In this document: piece after piece, positions 1-13,859 of the stretch | How positions within the stretch are numbered: position 1 is the first letter of the stretch | Layout of the letters: every line of letters begins with the position of its first letter | DNA from: Girardia tigrina | Lineage: Eukaryota | Direction: 5' to 3' | NCBI GenBank assembly: GCA_001938485.1 | Contig: MQRK01225945.1 | Coordinates: forward strand, 16,024 to 80,023 | Length of the DNA: 64,000 nt | Made by a program: the position numbers and the translations under genes | The notes under the pieces: generated by a model | The model's input: only the letters and a program-made list of their open reading frames with translations | What the model was told of the DNA's origin: nothing | The model's database searches: none

Positions 1-1099
1 GGGGGGGGGGTGTAGGCAGAATGCCCATTTTTACCCTACTGTTGTAGATCAAAAAGTACTGTTTTATTTTAAACATTTAAGCTTCCTTGCTCTTTCAATC
101 CACGCCATTGACATTTGCTGAGATTAAACATTTAATTTCAATGAGAATTTGACGTTGAAGTTCTTGCTTAAGTAAGCCTCAAATCCTCAATTATAAAATT
201 TAGTAAAAATAAAGAGCAATAAAGAAACCATTTCGCGTGGAAAATGAAATTTGGTACAAGTGATGCTCAATTTAGTCATGTCCAGCAAATCTGATGACAA
301 ATTTAAAATTTTATCACTTCGTATTCTTAACTAGAAGAATCTTTTGCTGTTGAAAAATGTTTATTTCATGGTAAAATTATATTTGTAGAAGTACATTTTT
401 TAGTAAAATATGCAGAGGTTGTCTACAATCACCTCAGTTTTGTATAGAAATGTATATCATGAATATGAATAAATTATGTCGACCTGATTCTTTTGATAAT
501 CGGGTCGAATTTCTCACAATAAGAAGTATAATTATCTGTATGTTACTCTGCCTTTGCATCAAACTATAATAAATATTCATATATTTATATTATTAAAGCT
601 AAAATTATATAAAACCAAACCTTCCAAAAGATAGCGAACATTCCAAAATTCATTAACATTCAATATTAATAAATTCAATTATTTTCTTTCAGTAATTATT
701 TTATTTATATTTTGACGAATTATTTGAGTTTTTTCAATAATGTTTAATACAAATAAATAAATGAAAGCAAAATTATTCATTAAAAATCTTAGGACTAAAT
801 ATTAACTTATTGATTTATTTATATTAATATTTATATGTACAATATTTGATTTATGCTACTAATTTTATGATCTGATCTAAAATCTGTTTTATTATTTATT
901 TTTATTTTAATTTTTATTGATGTAAAGTTTTACTTCAATTGTATAATTGAATGATAATTATATTTTATGTATTTTACATTGATATTGAAAAACGACGACC
1001 TAATAAATTTTTGTGCAAATGCATCTCTGATAACAACTTTATCTGTAGTCTGCCCACGAGGCTCAACATCAGTGTTGATACAACTCGTCAAATTGAAAT

Positions 1100-1690
1100 C
1101 CATTGGTATCATAAAACTGTGCTCCAGATTTGTACCTAGTTTCCTGCTGGTGAAATGATGCGAAACAGCTTGGAGTACCGTCAGAATAACTTAAACTTAT
1201 GGTGAAATTTAATCATGGTGAAACTTTCCAGGCTATTTTTATTACGAAAAATGAAACCTCAATCAGTATTTGCCAGAAACAAAATGTCAGTCAGTAGAGT
1301 GATAAATGTCTAGGAAGAAGTCATCTTTGAACATCCTAACGGAGAAAAATAATTTTCTGGGATCATAAAGGTGCTATTCTCATGAATTTCTAAGATAAAA
1401 GCATCACCATCAACACTGCCTATGATAGCCAACTTGAGCCAACCATCAGAAAGAATATACGGAAGCAGAATAACATACCTCTATAGTTTCTCCATAAAAA
1501 TGCACCATTGAATATAGCGGACATTTCTCGGGCCACAATTGAAGGGGCTTGACTATTGCTCGTCGATCATGAGCCATATAGCTGATATTTGGTACTGAGT
1601 GATTTTTACATCTTTAAACACCTTAAGAAGCATGTTTTGTGAGTAATGTTTGATTGTAAAAAAAGGGTGTCAAATTATTTCATCAACTGG
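1100..1690 (+). pseudogene. Decayed mariner transposase remnant
   Basis: Interrupted frames give KLCSRFVP (WVPHEL-like), IFWDHKGAILMNF*DKSITINTAY, LHKNAPLN (LHDNAPAH-like) and HEPYS*YLVLSDFYIFKHLKKH (HPPYSPDLAPSDF-like). Confidence 0.75.
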
Positions 1691-1779
1691 CCCAACCGAA
1701 AACAAACAAATGGGGCTGCAAAATCAGAGGCTCCAACGGAATTCGATCGACCGAGCCCGCCGGAGTGTACAAATTAAAG

Positions 1780-2122
1780 GTATTTATTTGCACCTCCCCG
1801 CGACCCGAATTCTGCCTCCGACTAAAGGGTGCTGCAATCACGCGATTTCTGCGCCCAATCTGTTATCAAAGCTTTTGATTGGCATCCAGTGTAGATCCAA
1901 AGATGATTTGAATGTGGCGTAGAGGATTTCCTCTCCGAACGCCCCCAAGAATTTTTCTAAAAATCGTTTTCTGAGTACATTTTATGATGGCGAGGTGTGT
2001 GGAGGGAAATGGAAATGATGCTCATTTTTGAAAAATGATGCTCACCTATGTTAAGCTTGTGATATAAAAATTTTTGGAATTTATTTTCTCTGTCAGGCCG
2101 GGTACTTATTGAACGCACCCCG
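1780..2122 (+). mobile_element. GC-rich 3' part of a second mariner, with right TIR
   Basis: PPRDPNSASD (PPYSPDLAPSD-like), VEDFLSERPQEFF and ARCVEGNGN C-terminal motifs. It ends in a mariner-type TIR, TACTTATTGAACGCACCCCG, followed by TA. Confidence 0.6.
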
Positions 2123-2822
2123 TATACATATATATTTCTTTTAAAATCTTAAATGTATCATAATGATTTTTATATTTTCTTGAATAAAAAAATTAAATTT
2201 TTAAACTCGTCTTTAAAAAGTATCAAAAATATAATCAAGAATTATCACAATACAAAACAAAAAATTTTTTATTTAAAGTTTAAAAATTGAAAAAGAATAA
2301 TAATTTTTTAAATATAATTTTTATTATATGTTTGAGGATAAAACGAGAAAAAAATTCAGACAATTGAGAACAAAAATGTTATTCATAAATAAAAATATAA
2401 TTACTTTAAAACATTTTTTTCATGAATAAAGCTTTTGTCAATATATGTTTTATACATTATTCAAATGTGAATAAGATATATTTTTCCTCGACAATATTCG
2501 ACAAGGGATCTGAGGCATGACATTTGAATAAAAAGATTGGTTTGTAAAGATAATGTAATAACTGAACCAATTGTTGCATAGACGGCGAAGGAACAATTAT
2601 AATTGCTTTTAGAAATATGTTTTTTTTCAGTTTTAACTGTATTTGAAATATTAAATATAAATAATGAATGTTATTTCAATAAATGAATAATGAAAAGCAT
2701 TGAAAGTATTCTCAAAAATTAATGTTCATCAAAGTCAAATTTGTTTCGATTATTTTGTAAAATATAACTATATGTAGTCTAATATTTTTGTTGTGAAAAG
2801 CAAAAAATGTCTTTTTTAAATA

Positions 2823-3835
2823 TTAGGTTTGGGAAAAAGTAATCCATTATTTTAATCCATTATTTTAATTCATTATTTTAATTCATTATTTATCGATCAA
2901 ACAATTTCAAATTTATGCTCTTTGTCAAGGTAACATTTCGTAGTAATTTCACAAATTTTTTTTGCTTTTTTTATTCAGTTCTGAGTTACAGGGTGTTAAA
3001 AATGGAAGTCAACAAAGAAAAAATTCGGTACATTTTACAGTTTTTATTCGATAAAGGTGAAAATGCAAGTCAAGTGGTTGTTATTGTGAATGGTGTTTAT
3101 GGTGCAAATACTGTAACAGCTAATTACGCGCAATTTTGGTTTCGTCGATTCCGTGGAGGCATTTTTGATGTTAAAATGCACCTCGCACAGACAGGCCTAT
3201 TGTTGAAAATGTCAATAAAATCTCGGCAATGATCGAAGTTGACCGGCATGTTAGTAGAATCGCACAGGAGCTGAAGATCGACCACAAAACGGTTTTAAAC
3301 CATGTGGGCAAAGCAGGATTCAAAAAGAAACATGATGTTGGGTTCCACACAAATTAACACCAAAAAAACACGATGGATTGAATTTCCATCTTCAAAGCCT
3401 TCGCCAAGCGAAATAAAACTGACCCATTTCTTAAACGGATGGTTACTAGGGATGAGAAATGGGTCACATACAACAATATTGTACGAAAAAAATCGTAATC
3501 AAAGCACGGTGAAGCGCCTCAAACGGTCGCCAAACCAGAACTAACGGCCAGGAATGTTCTACTGTGTATTTGGTGGGACGGGAAAGGAATCATTTATTAT
3601 GAGTTGCTTCCGTATGGCCAAACACTAAATTCAGATCTGTACTGTCAACAACTGAATCGTTTGAAGATAGCAATTGATGAGAAAAGACCAGAATTGGTGA
3701 ACAGAAGAGGTGTTGTGTTCCATCACGACAACGCCAGACCATATACGCCTGTAGTGACTCGTCAGAAACTCAGGGAGCCTGGTTGGGAAGTTTTAATGCA
3801 TCCACTATATAGTCTGGCACCAAGCGATTACCAAA
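2823..3835 (+). mobile_element. mariner (mellifera-subfamily-like), frameshifted and 3'-truncated
   Basis: Left TIR TA|TTAGGTTTGGGAAAAAGTAATCCATTATTT. ATG at 3002 gives MEVNKEKIRYILQF; later motifs are MVTRDEKW, IWWDGKGIIYYELLPYGQTLNSDLYCQQL, FHHDNARP and LAPSDY. It breaks off after PSDY with no right TIR. Confidence 0.95.
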
Positions 3836-6120
3836 AACCATTTTAAAATACTGCGCAGTATTTGAAAATATTTTGGATGAAAGTCTTTAGTGAGGTATTA
3901 TTGATCAAATCACTTAATCCATCCATTGATGCTTAAATCAGCCATTCTCCTACTTTTTTGAAAGTATTTAATTAGCTATTATATACGTTGATAATGTAGT
4001 CATCATTTATCTGTTTAATGTAGTATGATTCTTTAATGTTTTGTCTAAAGATAGTGGAAAATAGACCGAAATATTATGCAAAGTGAAGAAAAATTTTAAA
4101 TTTATATAATGTTTAGGTCCAAATGGCATTTTTGATTATTTATAATCTATTTGTATATTATTTTGTATAATAATATAGAAAATATATTGGTACTGTGTGA
4201 AAAATATTTTATAGGCCCTCCTTCCCTAAAAGCTCTTAAAGAGTAATTTCAGAACTAATTAGTCTCAGAAAATTTCAGGAGTCCGAGTAAAGGTCGCATG
4301 GCAGATGCACCTATCTGATTATGGGTCCCGCTTAAATTGAAAAGAATTGTCTAAATGAAGGGATTGCAAGCCTGGACGGCAAACAATCATTATCAAGATT
4401 ATCCTAGAGACCTAGTTTGGCCCAATCTAATTTCCCAGGGATACTACATAAAAATATGTCATAAAAAACTTTGCTAGATTGATTCCTTAAGTATTTTTAT
4501 AAAGTTTTTATGAGTGTTTCACTAATAATTTTCGTCGCAAAAATATTGATGAAACTATGTTTTTTATTTTAGATGTGTTAACTATTAAAAAAAAATTAAT
4601 AAATTAAAAAAATACAGACAACGATATCATACAATCTGCAACTTAAACTAGTGATAAAAAACTGATAAAAAATTAGCAAAATACCGATCGTGATCCTTCA
4701 CTGCTTTCGTAAATTTTAATTAAAATATTTAAATAAATATTAATAACATTTGTAAATTTATTTTCACAAAAAACACATTAAAATCAGAACAGAAGATTCA
4801 AACTAACGCCATTATATATGAATTAATACGGGAATAAATTTAATTGAAAAATTTGTTATGATTAAAAATATTTAATATAAATATAAAGTTTATTTAAGAA
4901 ATACATTTATTTATTTGAATTTTTCTTTTTTATTCATTTATAATAAAAAGTTTTTAATTGAGGTTTAAATTGATGGCATATTAAATGTAGAAAAAATATT
5001 ATTTGTTTAATTAACTGTTGTAATATAATATACTTATTTTATAAAAATAAATTATTAAAATAAAAAATAGAAACAAATAGTAAAAAAATAAAATAAATAA
5101 AAAAATTATTTTTTGCAAAATTTTCTTTTATGTATATATAAAAATTGCAATTTTAAATTTCATAAATGGGAAACTTTTTTCTGATTAGAATTTTTCTTTG
5201 TCATCAACCTTTTGAGATTCGTATCCCGTATTGAACCGGGATCTTTGGAAAGGATTTGGGTCAATGGAATAATAGATTTATCAACACCGTGACTAAAACT
5301 ATTCATCTTTTTTAGTAAAAAGAGTCGATAATATGCATTAGGCGATTATCGTTGCGCCTTTACATTTTTTATATCACAATTATTTGAGAGAAATGACTTA
5401 ATTAAAAATTATTTGTATTTTTTTAATATTTTTTTATTATTTTTTTATGAGTAAGAAAAATATATTATCGAAATTCTAAAGAACAGATAAAAATAAAGAA
5501 TTTTTCTGATGATTTATATTTAAAAATAAATAAGTTTATTAGATTGTTTTATTAATTTGTATAAGTATTTATAATATATTATAAATTCTGCATAAATAAT
5601 TTATATCTTTTATTTCACCATTATTCAGTATTTTGTATGATATATAAAAGAAGTATTGACTAATATAGTTTTATAGTCCTCATTCAAAGATACAAAAAAG
5701 TTTGAAGGATGTTGTGCTAGAAGCCGTATTGGATTCGAAGAGATTAAGAGTATAATATTCAATAATAGATATAAATTCAAAATATTATTTGAATATAATT
5801 TTCTTTTTTTAAACAAATTTCCGAGGAACAATATTTTCTATTCACAAACCTTTAGAAATAAATATAGTGTTATTAAAAGCACTAATTGGATTTATAATAC
5901 ATCTGTTTGTATCACAATTTGAATCGCCACCAGGACAATTCTCCATAAAACGTTGATAAATAGACATCGGTCTTCGTCTCTTAATTGATAATTTTAATTA
6001 TTGCAAAAAATATTTTAGATATATTATTTATGATATATTAATTTAATTTTAAAGTAAGTAATTTAAATTTTAAAATAGAATAAATAATTTGACGTTTTAA
6101 AATATTTAAAATATCAATCT

Positions 6121-6201
6121 TCCATCTGGGTGGGAGAAACACAATCACAAAACAACATACCAAACATCATATAATAAGCACCCTTCAAAATATTCCTCTC
6201 A
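6121..6201 (-). repeat. Two-box dispersed repeat, copy 1 of 7
   Basis: CCATCTGGGTGGGAGAAACACAATC...AATATTCCTCTCA is the reverse complement of the family seen at 32612, 45066, 46840, 47866 and 52765. Confidence 0.75.
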
Positions 6202-6506
6202 AGTGTAATGAAATTTTTTTTAAAATTTTACTAATTTAGTTTCCCAAATTTATAATTTTACAATTTTAAATTACATCGTTCAAAAGTTTTCTTGAGCACA
6301 AAATCCTAACAGAGAATATGCAGAAAAAGTTTGCGAAGAATTTAATAAACAGAACTAATAAATGTCTGACACTGGAATTTTTCTTAAAATTTTTTTCTAC
6401 TATTATTAGTAATTGTATTTATAATTAGAGTAATATTAAAGTAATAATATTAGAGTAATATCACTGTAATACAAAATATAGGACATCATATAAACTGTAA
6501 AAATAA

Positions 6507-6975
6507 CAGGGTGTCACGAAAATCACAAAAATTATAATGTTTCTTTTAATTAAAAGCTTTATTATTCTTTTCAGGAAATATATTTTTTATTATGAAAATA
6601 ATATTTCTCAGTCAATTTTCAGAACAGCAGTCCAAATTGAAACTTTAGGTTTACACGTAGTTCTTGGATGCATGGGTTGCACTACTTTATTAACAATATC
6701 TCAGTAAAGTATCAAAAAAGACTCCTAGCGACCAAAGGTTTTAATACAAGACCAAATTTTCACAATCATCATCCCACAAAAAATTTCTTTAAATATTCCA
6801 TTATGATTTGTGCTGTTTGAGCTGGTACACCGTCCAGATACAAGTGACAGACTCGTTTACTGCCCGCCTTTAGTCTTTCTGGATAAAATAAATTTCTGAG
6901 AATATTCAGATAGCTCATAGCATAGTATTTCCTTTTTAAAATATGGACTTTTCCTTCATGACAGCCAATATCAGG
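6507..6975 (-). mobile_element. Decayed Tc1/rosa-like transposase fragment with one TIR
   Basis: Minus strand LDGVPAQTAQIIMEYLKKFFVG resembles QDGAPAHTA..V.EYL. CAGGGTGTCACGAAA at 6507 is a TIR-like end. Confidence 0.5.
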
Positions 6976-7684
6976 ATTTTTGAAGGAAGAATTTGTAGTT
7001 AATCTTCATTATATGAATTATCTATACTCCACATATCAAGTCTTTACATTTTTATATCAAGTACCTGGCAATTTCATAAGTAAAGAAACTTTTCAAATTA
7101 CATACTGAAAATAGACATTATAATCATTGTACAGTAGTCATCTCGGGCTTTATGATTTACTAAACACAAACTCGCCATAACGTCTGCATTGATAGATAAT
7201 GGATTCAAGTCGATATCTCCTTTGATCGAATCCGCAGAAAAATATGTGTGACATACCCAACTGCCGATCAGGAGGCAAATAGTATTAGTATATACCGTTT
7301 CGGCGCTGATTGATGTCATAAGATTATAAAGCACCAAACATAGGATCAAATTAAAAACCAATACAATTGATTCAATTCGAATTTGGAACCACAAATTATC
7401 GATGTTTCGATCGATCAAAATTATCATAAGGCGAGCTCCGGCAAGATCAATTATAAGCGAGTGCCAAGTGAAACACAAGTTCAATGCCGAGACTCATCGC
7501 AATATAAATAAACCCAAATTTTGATATTAAGCAGAACTGATGATGAATCGATCCGACCTTGATAACCGTGTCAATCAGATTATACTCTTTTGTTTGAGTT
7601 AAAAAAAATTATTTTTTTTGTTGAAAGTCAACGAAAAAATTATTTGAAAAATAATATTATTAATAAAAAAAATTTTTTATAAAA

Positions 7685-8070
7685 ACAACCACGTTTTTCA
7701 AGCGTTACCAATGCACTAAAAAGAGGAAAATAATTTTTTTCTAGACATGTGAGAAATTTTATACCTAACCAAAAACGTGGGGTGGATTTCTGAATTACTG
7801 CTATTAGTAACTGCTATTTCCTCNNNNNNNNNNNNNNNNNNNNNNNNNNNNNNNNNNNNNNNNNNNNNNNNNNNNNNNNNNNNNNNNNNNNNNNNNNNNN
7901 NNNNNNNNNNNNNNNNNNNNNNNNNNNNNNNNNNNNNNNNNNNNNNNNNNNNNNNAAAAAAATTCAGCTCAATTGGATGACTGAAAGTGGTCGAAAAATC
8001 AATCGCAAGATTTGTTCCAGACAAACAGACAAACAGACAAGAAAGCAAGCTAATAAAAACGTGGTAAAAT
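7685..8070 (-). mobile_element. HINE/DINE-1-like non-autonomous element (spans an N gap)
   Basis: Sub-terminal inverted repeat ACCACGTTTTT / AAAAACGTGGT (about 7688 and 8055), a (CAGACAAA)n microsatellite next to one end, a core AAATTCAGCTCAATTGGAT, and T-rich flanks. Confidence 0.5.
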
Positions 8071-10455
8071 AAAATAAAATTTTTGTTGACATTTAATCGA
8101 TTGATCACCAATTGTGATATTAATAATTAATGAGTAATAATTATGAGTACTGAATTGGATAATAATGAAAGTGGCTACTTACAAAAACTAAGAAAAATAA
8201 TAATTGTTCTTCAAATGTGATTAAAAGTTCTTCGAAAACGTTTTAATTTTATGTATTTTTTACATAAGAACGATGCAATTTGTAGATTGGATAAACCCTT
8301 TAAATGTTAGAAATTGATAAAATATAATTATTTTGTAATGTATTTTATGTTAAATGTCTGTGAATATAAATATTCAAATATAATTATCAGATTATTATCG
8401 GAAGATAAATATAATTAATTAAGCAAATAATTTTTTGAAACGAATCCTTCACAAATTAATTAATGAAATATGTTTTCCGTCTTTTGTATTTTGTTCTTCG
8501 GTTAATGAAAATAAATACCAAATTTATTTAAATTAACAGATTCTACAAAATATTATTTTTATTTTTGTTATTAAATATTTTGCATAATTATTCAAATAAT
8601 AATTTTAGTAAAATAATAAATAATATTTCATTTAACAAACACATAAATTAAGATAAATCATACAGATATTTGTTAATTAATTTTATTTAATTAAACTTCA
8701 ATTGTTTGAATAAATTATTAAATATATAAATAAAGATATAAACGAATTTCTTTCGACACTTGATTCAAAACTAAAATTTAAAATTCATTTTTTACTTTTA
8801 AAAAATTTAAGGAAGATAATAAAAGATCAATTACAGAAAAAAATAATTATTTTTTTTGATTTGTATATGTATTAAGTTTTTGAATATGTATTAATTTTAT
8901 TAATAAAGTAAAATTGTATAGAATTAAATTGCAAATGTCTAGAAAAAAATTTGATTATGGCTTATGTTTTTTATTGAGAATTTTTAATTGTTCAAAAAAT
9001 TTTAATACTAAAATATGTTTAGAATATACGTTTCAAAATAAAACTTCTAACAAAAATCCTAATTTGAAAAAAAAAATTATTTAATTATTTTTTACTTTTA
9101 TATTATTTTTAATTAATATAAAAATAATATAATTTTCTTTGTTAATAAATTAATGTTTTCAGATAGAAAAAATTAAAATATTTTTAATTATATTGATTTA
9201 TTGATTAAAAATTTATTTAATTAATTAAATAATTTATTAATTTATTTTTTATTTCTTAATTAATTTATTTTATTTATATTTTTATTTGTATATTTAATTT
9301 ATGTATTTTACTTATTTTTCTTTATTTATAGATTCCTTTATTTATTTATTTATTTATTTATAAAATAATAAAGAAATTTTGTTACAAAAAAATATTCTCA
9401 GAGTTAAACGACTCATTTAATCAAAGAAATTTTATAGAATAAATTTTGTAATATTTTTTGGAGAAGCAAAAAAACTCTGTCAATCACAAAAATGATGAGA
9501 TAATTATTAAAAAACAATATCAAAAAATTGAAAGATAAGTTTCAGAATATTTAATCGATTAAAATCATGTCAATCAGAATTTTTTGTTTTAATGAACGTT
9601 TCAAATACAAACAACACTGATTCGATTTTTCTAATAAATTAACATATTTTGATCGTAAAATGAAAAACAAATTAATGTTTTTAAATTTACACAGAAAAAT
9701 CATCAACCAAGAAAAATACAAAAAATAAATAAATAATTAAAATAAATATTTTCGAAAAAAAATATTATTTTGTTTTAATCTAATCGATATATCGGCACAT
9801 TTATATATTTCCGTGCAACACAGATTTTATCTCTTTTCATTGAAACAAATTTCTAACAGACATAATCAATAGTAATATGGAGAAAATATAAATTTAATTT
9901 TTAAAAATTATTTTTTTATATATTTTTTTAATAAAGAAAAAATTGATTTAGTTCAACGATAACCGATGCCAATAATTCCAAATAATTTTTCGGTTTGTGA
10001 TTAGAAAAAAAACAATTTCTTTTTATTAATTTCTTTTTTTTATATCTGAACGATATTTTTTATTTCGTTTTAATGTGTTTTATATATTCCATAAAACTTT
10101 CGGGTTTCCACCCACCAGAATTATATAAAACACATTTTATTTAAATGTTTACATAAATTTATAAACTAGTACTTTTTTATTAGTTTTATAAAAGAAAATA
10201 TTTTCTTATTTTTATTTTTTATGTTTATTATATTATTATATATTTAAATATTATATAAATGTTTAAATTAATGTTTCTTTACTTTTAAAAAGCTTTTATA
10301 TTTTAGAGGTAAATAAACAAAAAATTATGATAAATCATTATTATAAATATAATTAATGAAACTTTCATTGGTTGCAATTTATTTTAAAAATATTATTATT
10401 TGTTAAGAACATTAATATGATTTCAATATATATTACTGTGACAAATATTATTTAA

Positions 10456-10878
10456 CTAGAAAAAGACCCGTAAAAAAACTAAAACAAACGGGTGAGCTGA
10501 ATTTTCGACTTCAGAAGTTTCTGTTTTAATTTTTTTTAAATCGTTATTATTATAATTTATTATTTATTGTTTCGAATTCTGTGTTGATTTAACAGTCAGT
10601 TAGTTAAATCGGCTCCCGGAGCTTTTCAACAAAGGCGCTGTATAGATATAACCGTCTCGATGCGGACTATGCAGAATTATCTCAACTTTACGTGGTTTTT
10701 TCACTCACTGCTCTTCAACTATTGCGCATTTTATCAGCATATATATGATTATAGTAAAATTTGAGCTTGACCGACTTACCGAATCAGATGATAACGAAAT
10801 TTTGAAAATTTAACCTAAATTGATTTTTAGAAATAAAATAAGTAAATAAGTGATATAAATCGCCATTCATCAAATAAA
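10456..10878 (-). mobile_element. Non-autonomous Helitron-like element, copy A
   Basis: Inverted homolog of 22636-23041. The minus-strand 3' end has hairpin ACCCGT...ACGGGT, then CTTTTTCTAG|T. Confidence 0.65.
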
Positions 10879-12107
10879 TTAGTATTTTCATAAAACTTTT
10901 AATAATAGTATGCATTGAGCGTTACAGACACATATTTAGATAGTAATTATTTAAAAAAGTTTTGTATTAATTTTATTTTTGAAAAATATTTTATTAAGGT
11001 TATCAATAAAGCTTTCATTACTTAATTTTTACAGTTAATTTTTTTTGCATTATTAGTAAAAAGCTTATTTATAAATGAAATGTTGATATTCTTAATTAAT
11101 ACCGAAAATTTGCAATTTATACAAATGGATTCACTCTGGTTCCTCCGTAATTTTTCATTTAAAAGCGTGAACGACAAACAAAAAAAATCAAGCTGATTAT
11201 GTATTCTAATTGAAATATACGACTACATTGGTTTGTTTAGAGAGAGGTGTCTCTAGAAAAGTCTAACAATATCTTTCTTTTGCAAGCATTTTTCTATGTA
11301 CCTCCGAAAATAAGCCCATGACCGTAAGTAAGTAACAAGGATAACACATCTAAGAAAGAATAAAAGTTAATAATAAAATTAACCAAATGTAAAACATAGG
11401 TTAAAGTTAATTCCTCAAAAAATAACGACTTTTCCTGAGAGTTTCAACAATTAATTTGCTTCTACTACAATAAGGGCTACGGATCAAAGTATCATAAAAG
11501 TATATAAAATTCAGATTATATCTGGTTACGACTTAAGTTCTGCTCGAATTTTACCTTTATTTAATAGAACAAATTCAAGGAGTATTTTAAGTTGTCTGAT
11601 TGAGCTGAATTTTACTTCTTTTTCTTAGATGCATTATACTATTCAAATTTATTTTGTTTGTTTATAATTAATTTGTTTTGTATAAGCAATGGTTTAAAAT
11701 TTTAAATTTGCTTGATCAAAACCCTCCGAACATGGAAATACCCTAGAAACATTTGAGTAATGTAATGCTTTAATAGTTTAAAACGAAAACTTAGCAGTCA
11801 AAACGACAAGAAACTTTTTAATCTGTTTATGGAGAGGAATGTGAAAAGGACATAAATTGTAAAAAGATGACTTATGAAATTTAGTTATGAACATTTTGTA
11901 TATTAGAATTGAACTGTTGAGTTTGAGGAGAAGCTTATTAATGCAATTCTTTAAGAAAATCCAACTTCAACAATTGAAGAAAAGCTCACTTCAACCCAAC
12001 AACTGCACATTGTTATCTTCAACAACTTTGAAATTCTTGACTATCTTGTTCGTCTGTTTTAGACTTTCGACGAAAAAATCATTGTTTATCAAAATTTTAA
12101 AAAAATT

Positions 12108-12305
12108 TTTTGTTCTGATTTTAAAGAAAAATTTTAATCAACAGACAACAATTTATCAATATGCACGATTCTGGAATATTTTTAAAATTTTTTTAATTTT
12201 TTAAATTACTAAATGTATAAAAACATTTCAAATACATTCCAGAATCGTGCATATTGATAAATTGTTGTTTGTTGATTAAAATTTTTCTTTAAAATCAGAA
12301 CAAAA
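12108..12305. repeat. Foldback / long inverted repeat
   Basis: About 70-bp near-perfect arms (12108-12177 vs 12236-12305) with a partly self-complementary spacer. Confidence 0.9.
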
Positions 12306-13859
12306 CATTTAAATTGATTCTAAATAGAATCAAAACAGCACAATATTCCACATTTGCATGTAGAAATATGCATAATAATGAGAGAAAATAACAAAATAAT
12401 TTCAAACATTTCTCTCATTAACATACTATCACCTTAAAGAGATACTTTCAATAAAATAATTCAATACTAAAAGTGGTCTCTCAAAACACTACTATTGAAC
12501 GTAGTGATAAGTTTTTTTTAGAGAAAGGTACAGGGGAAAGACCTTAGCCACAGCCGAGAATAAAACATCATGGGTAAAATGGTCTTCTTTCAATCTCGGG
12601 GTGTTACCAAGGAATAACCAAGCTTTGAGGAAAACAAGGATTGCTTTACTTAATAAAAAAGGAAGCATGTTTTATCAGAACAATACAAGATCCCATACAA
12701 CAGGAATCACTAATAATTATTATACTTAATTTATTATTCTTTTTAGGGCTAGGGACCCAAAATATTTGTTGATAATAATTTGTTTTTTTTCTTACAAACG
12801 ATTATTTTACTGAATATATAAAGATCTTGTATAAGTTGTATGAATTATTTAAAACTCAGTTAAATCTATTATACATTTTTTATGTGTGATAAAGAAGAGC
12901 GAAAGACATTGGAGATGCTCATAAAACTATAATAGGAGAAAATATTCTAATATAAATATAAAAAAAGGAACTGATCGATCAAATACTATTTATGTTTCTT
13001 GGACAGATAAATGTTAGAATTAAATATCAATATAAATATAAATTAACTTCACCAATAAATTGATGACAAAATAAGACGAAGAAAATTTAAAAAAACAACA
13101 AGCTTAGAGGACAAAAACGCTACCGCCATTGGCAGGGGAAAAGGAATTTTTTAATGGGATTTATTTATTTAACTTTTTCAGGGAACCAAAAATATATAAA
13201 TGAGGGATAGATTCAATAAAAATATGATTTTTTTCACAATTTGTTCTGCATTTAAATTATTTATCTTCATTTCAGTTCACACGACCCTTCAATCACCACC
13301 ATATAGGTGTGACATTGGTTCACTAAATTAGCTTAAGTTGAAAAATTTTGTTTTGTATAAGCAATGGTTTTAGCAATTCGCTGTTAATTTAGTTTTGAAA
13401 ATAATTTAAAAAATAATATATTAAAAAGATTTTTAAAATCAACGTTTTTTAACTAAAAAGAATAAAATAAAATATTATATACAAGAAGACAACAAGAATA
13501 AATTTGCTCATAACTAAAAACATGAAAAGTATTTCACTGATTTACTTATTCTTATATTCTTATAAAGATTGCAATGTACAATTAGCCACCCAAATGATAT
13601 GTATAAACGTTTACGGTTGATATGATAATCTCGAGATTTTTGAGGGTCTCCGTTGCTACAGCAATATCAGCATCATAAGCTTGTGGCATAATTTTTCAGT
13701 CATTTCAAATATATCAACAGGAACGAGTGTAGTTTGACATTTTAATCCTTGTTGACCAAAGCAAATGTTATATTTGAAATTCAAACCATTTAAAACTTTA
13801 CAGCTATTTTAAAACATTAAACTTAAAATCCAATTAAATTAGTTTTAGATAATAATGAT

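Noticed and set aside
5625-5985. Possible two-exon minus-strand mini-gene (MSIYQRFMENCPGGDSNC...SK|AQHPSNFFVSLNEDY...)
   Set aside because: An in-frame GT-AG join is possible, but there is no recognisable domain and this could easily arise by chance.
7537-7570. CTGATGA hammerhead-like start (also at 291, 21462, 37601 and 48251)
   Set aside because: No properly placed stem II plus GAAA; some lie within transposase coding sequence.
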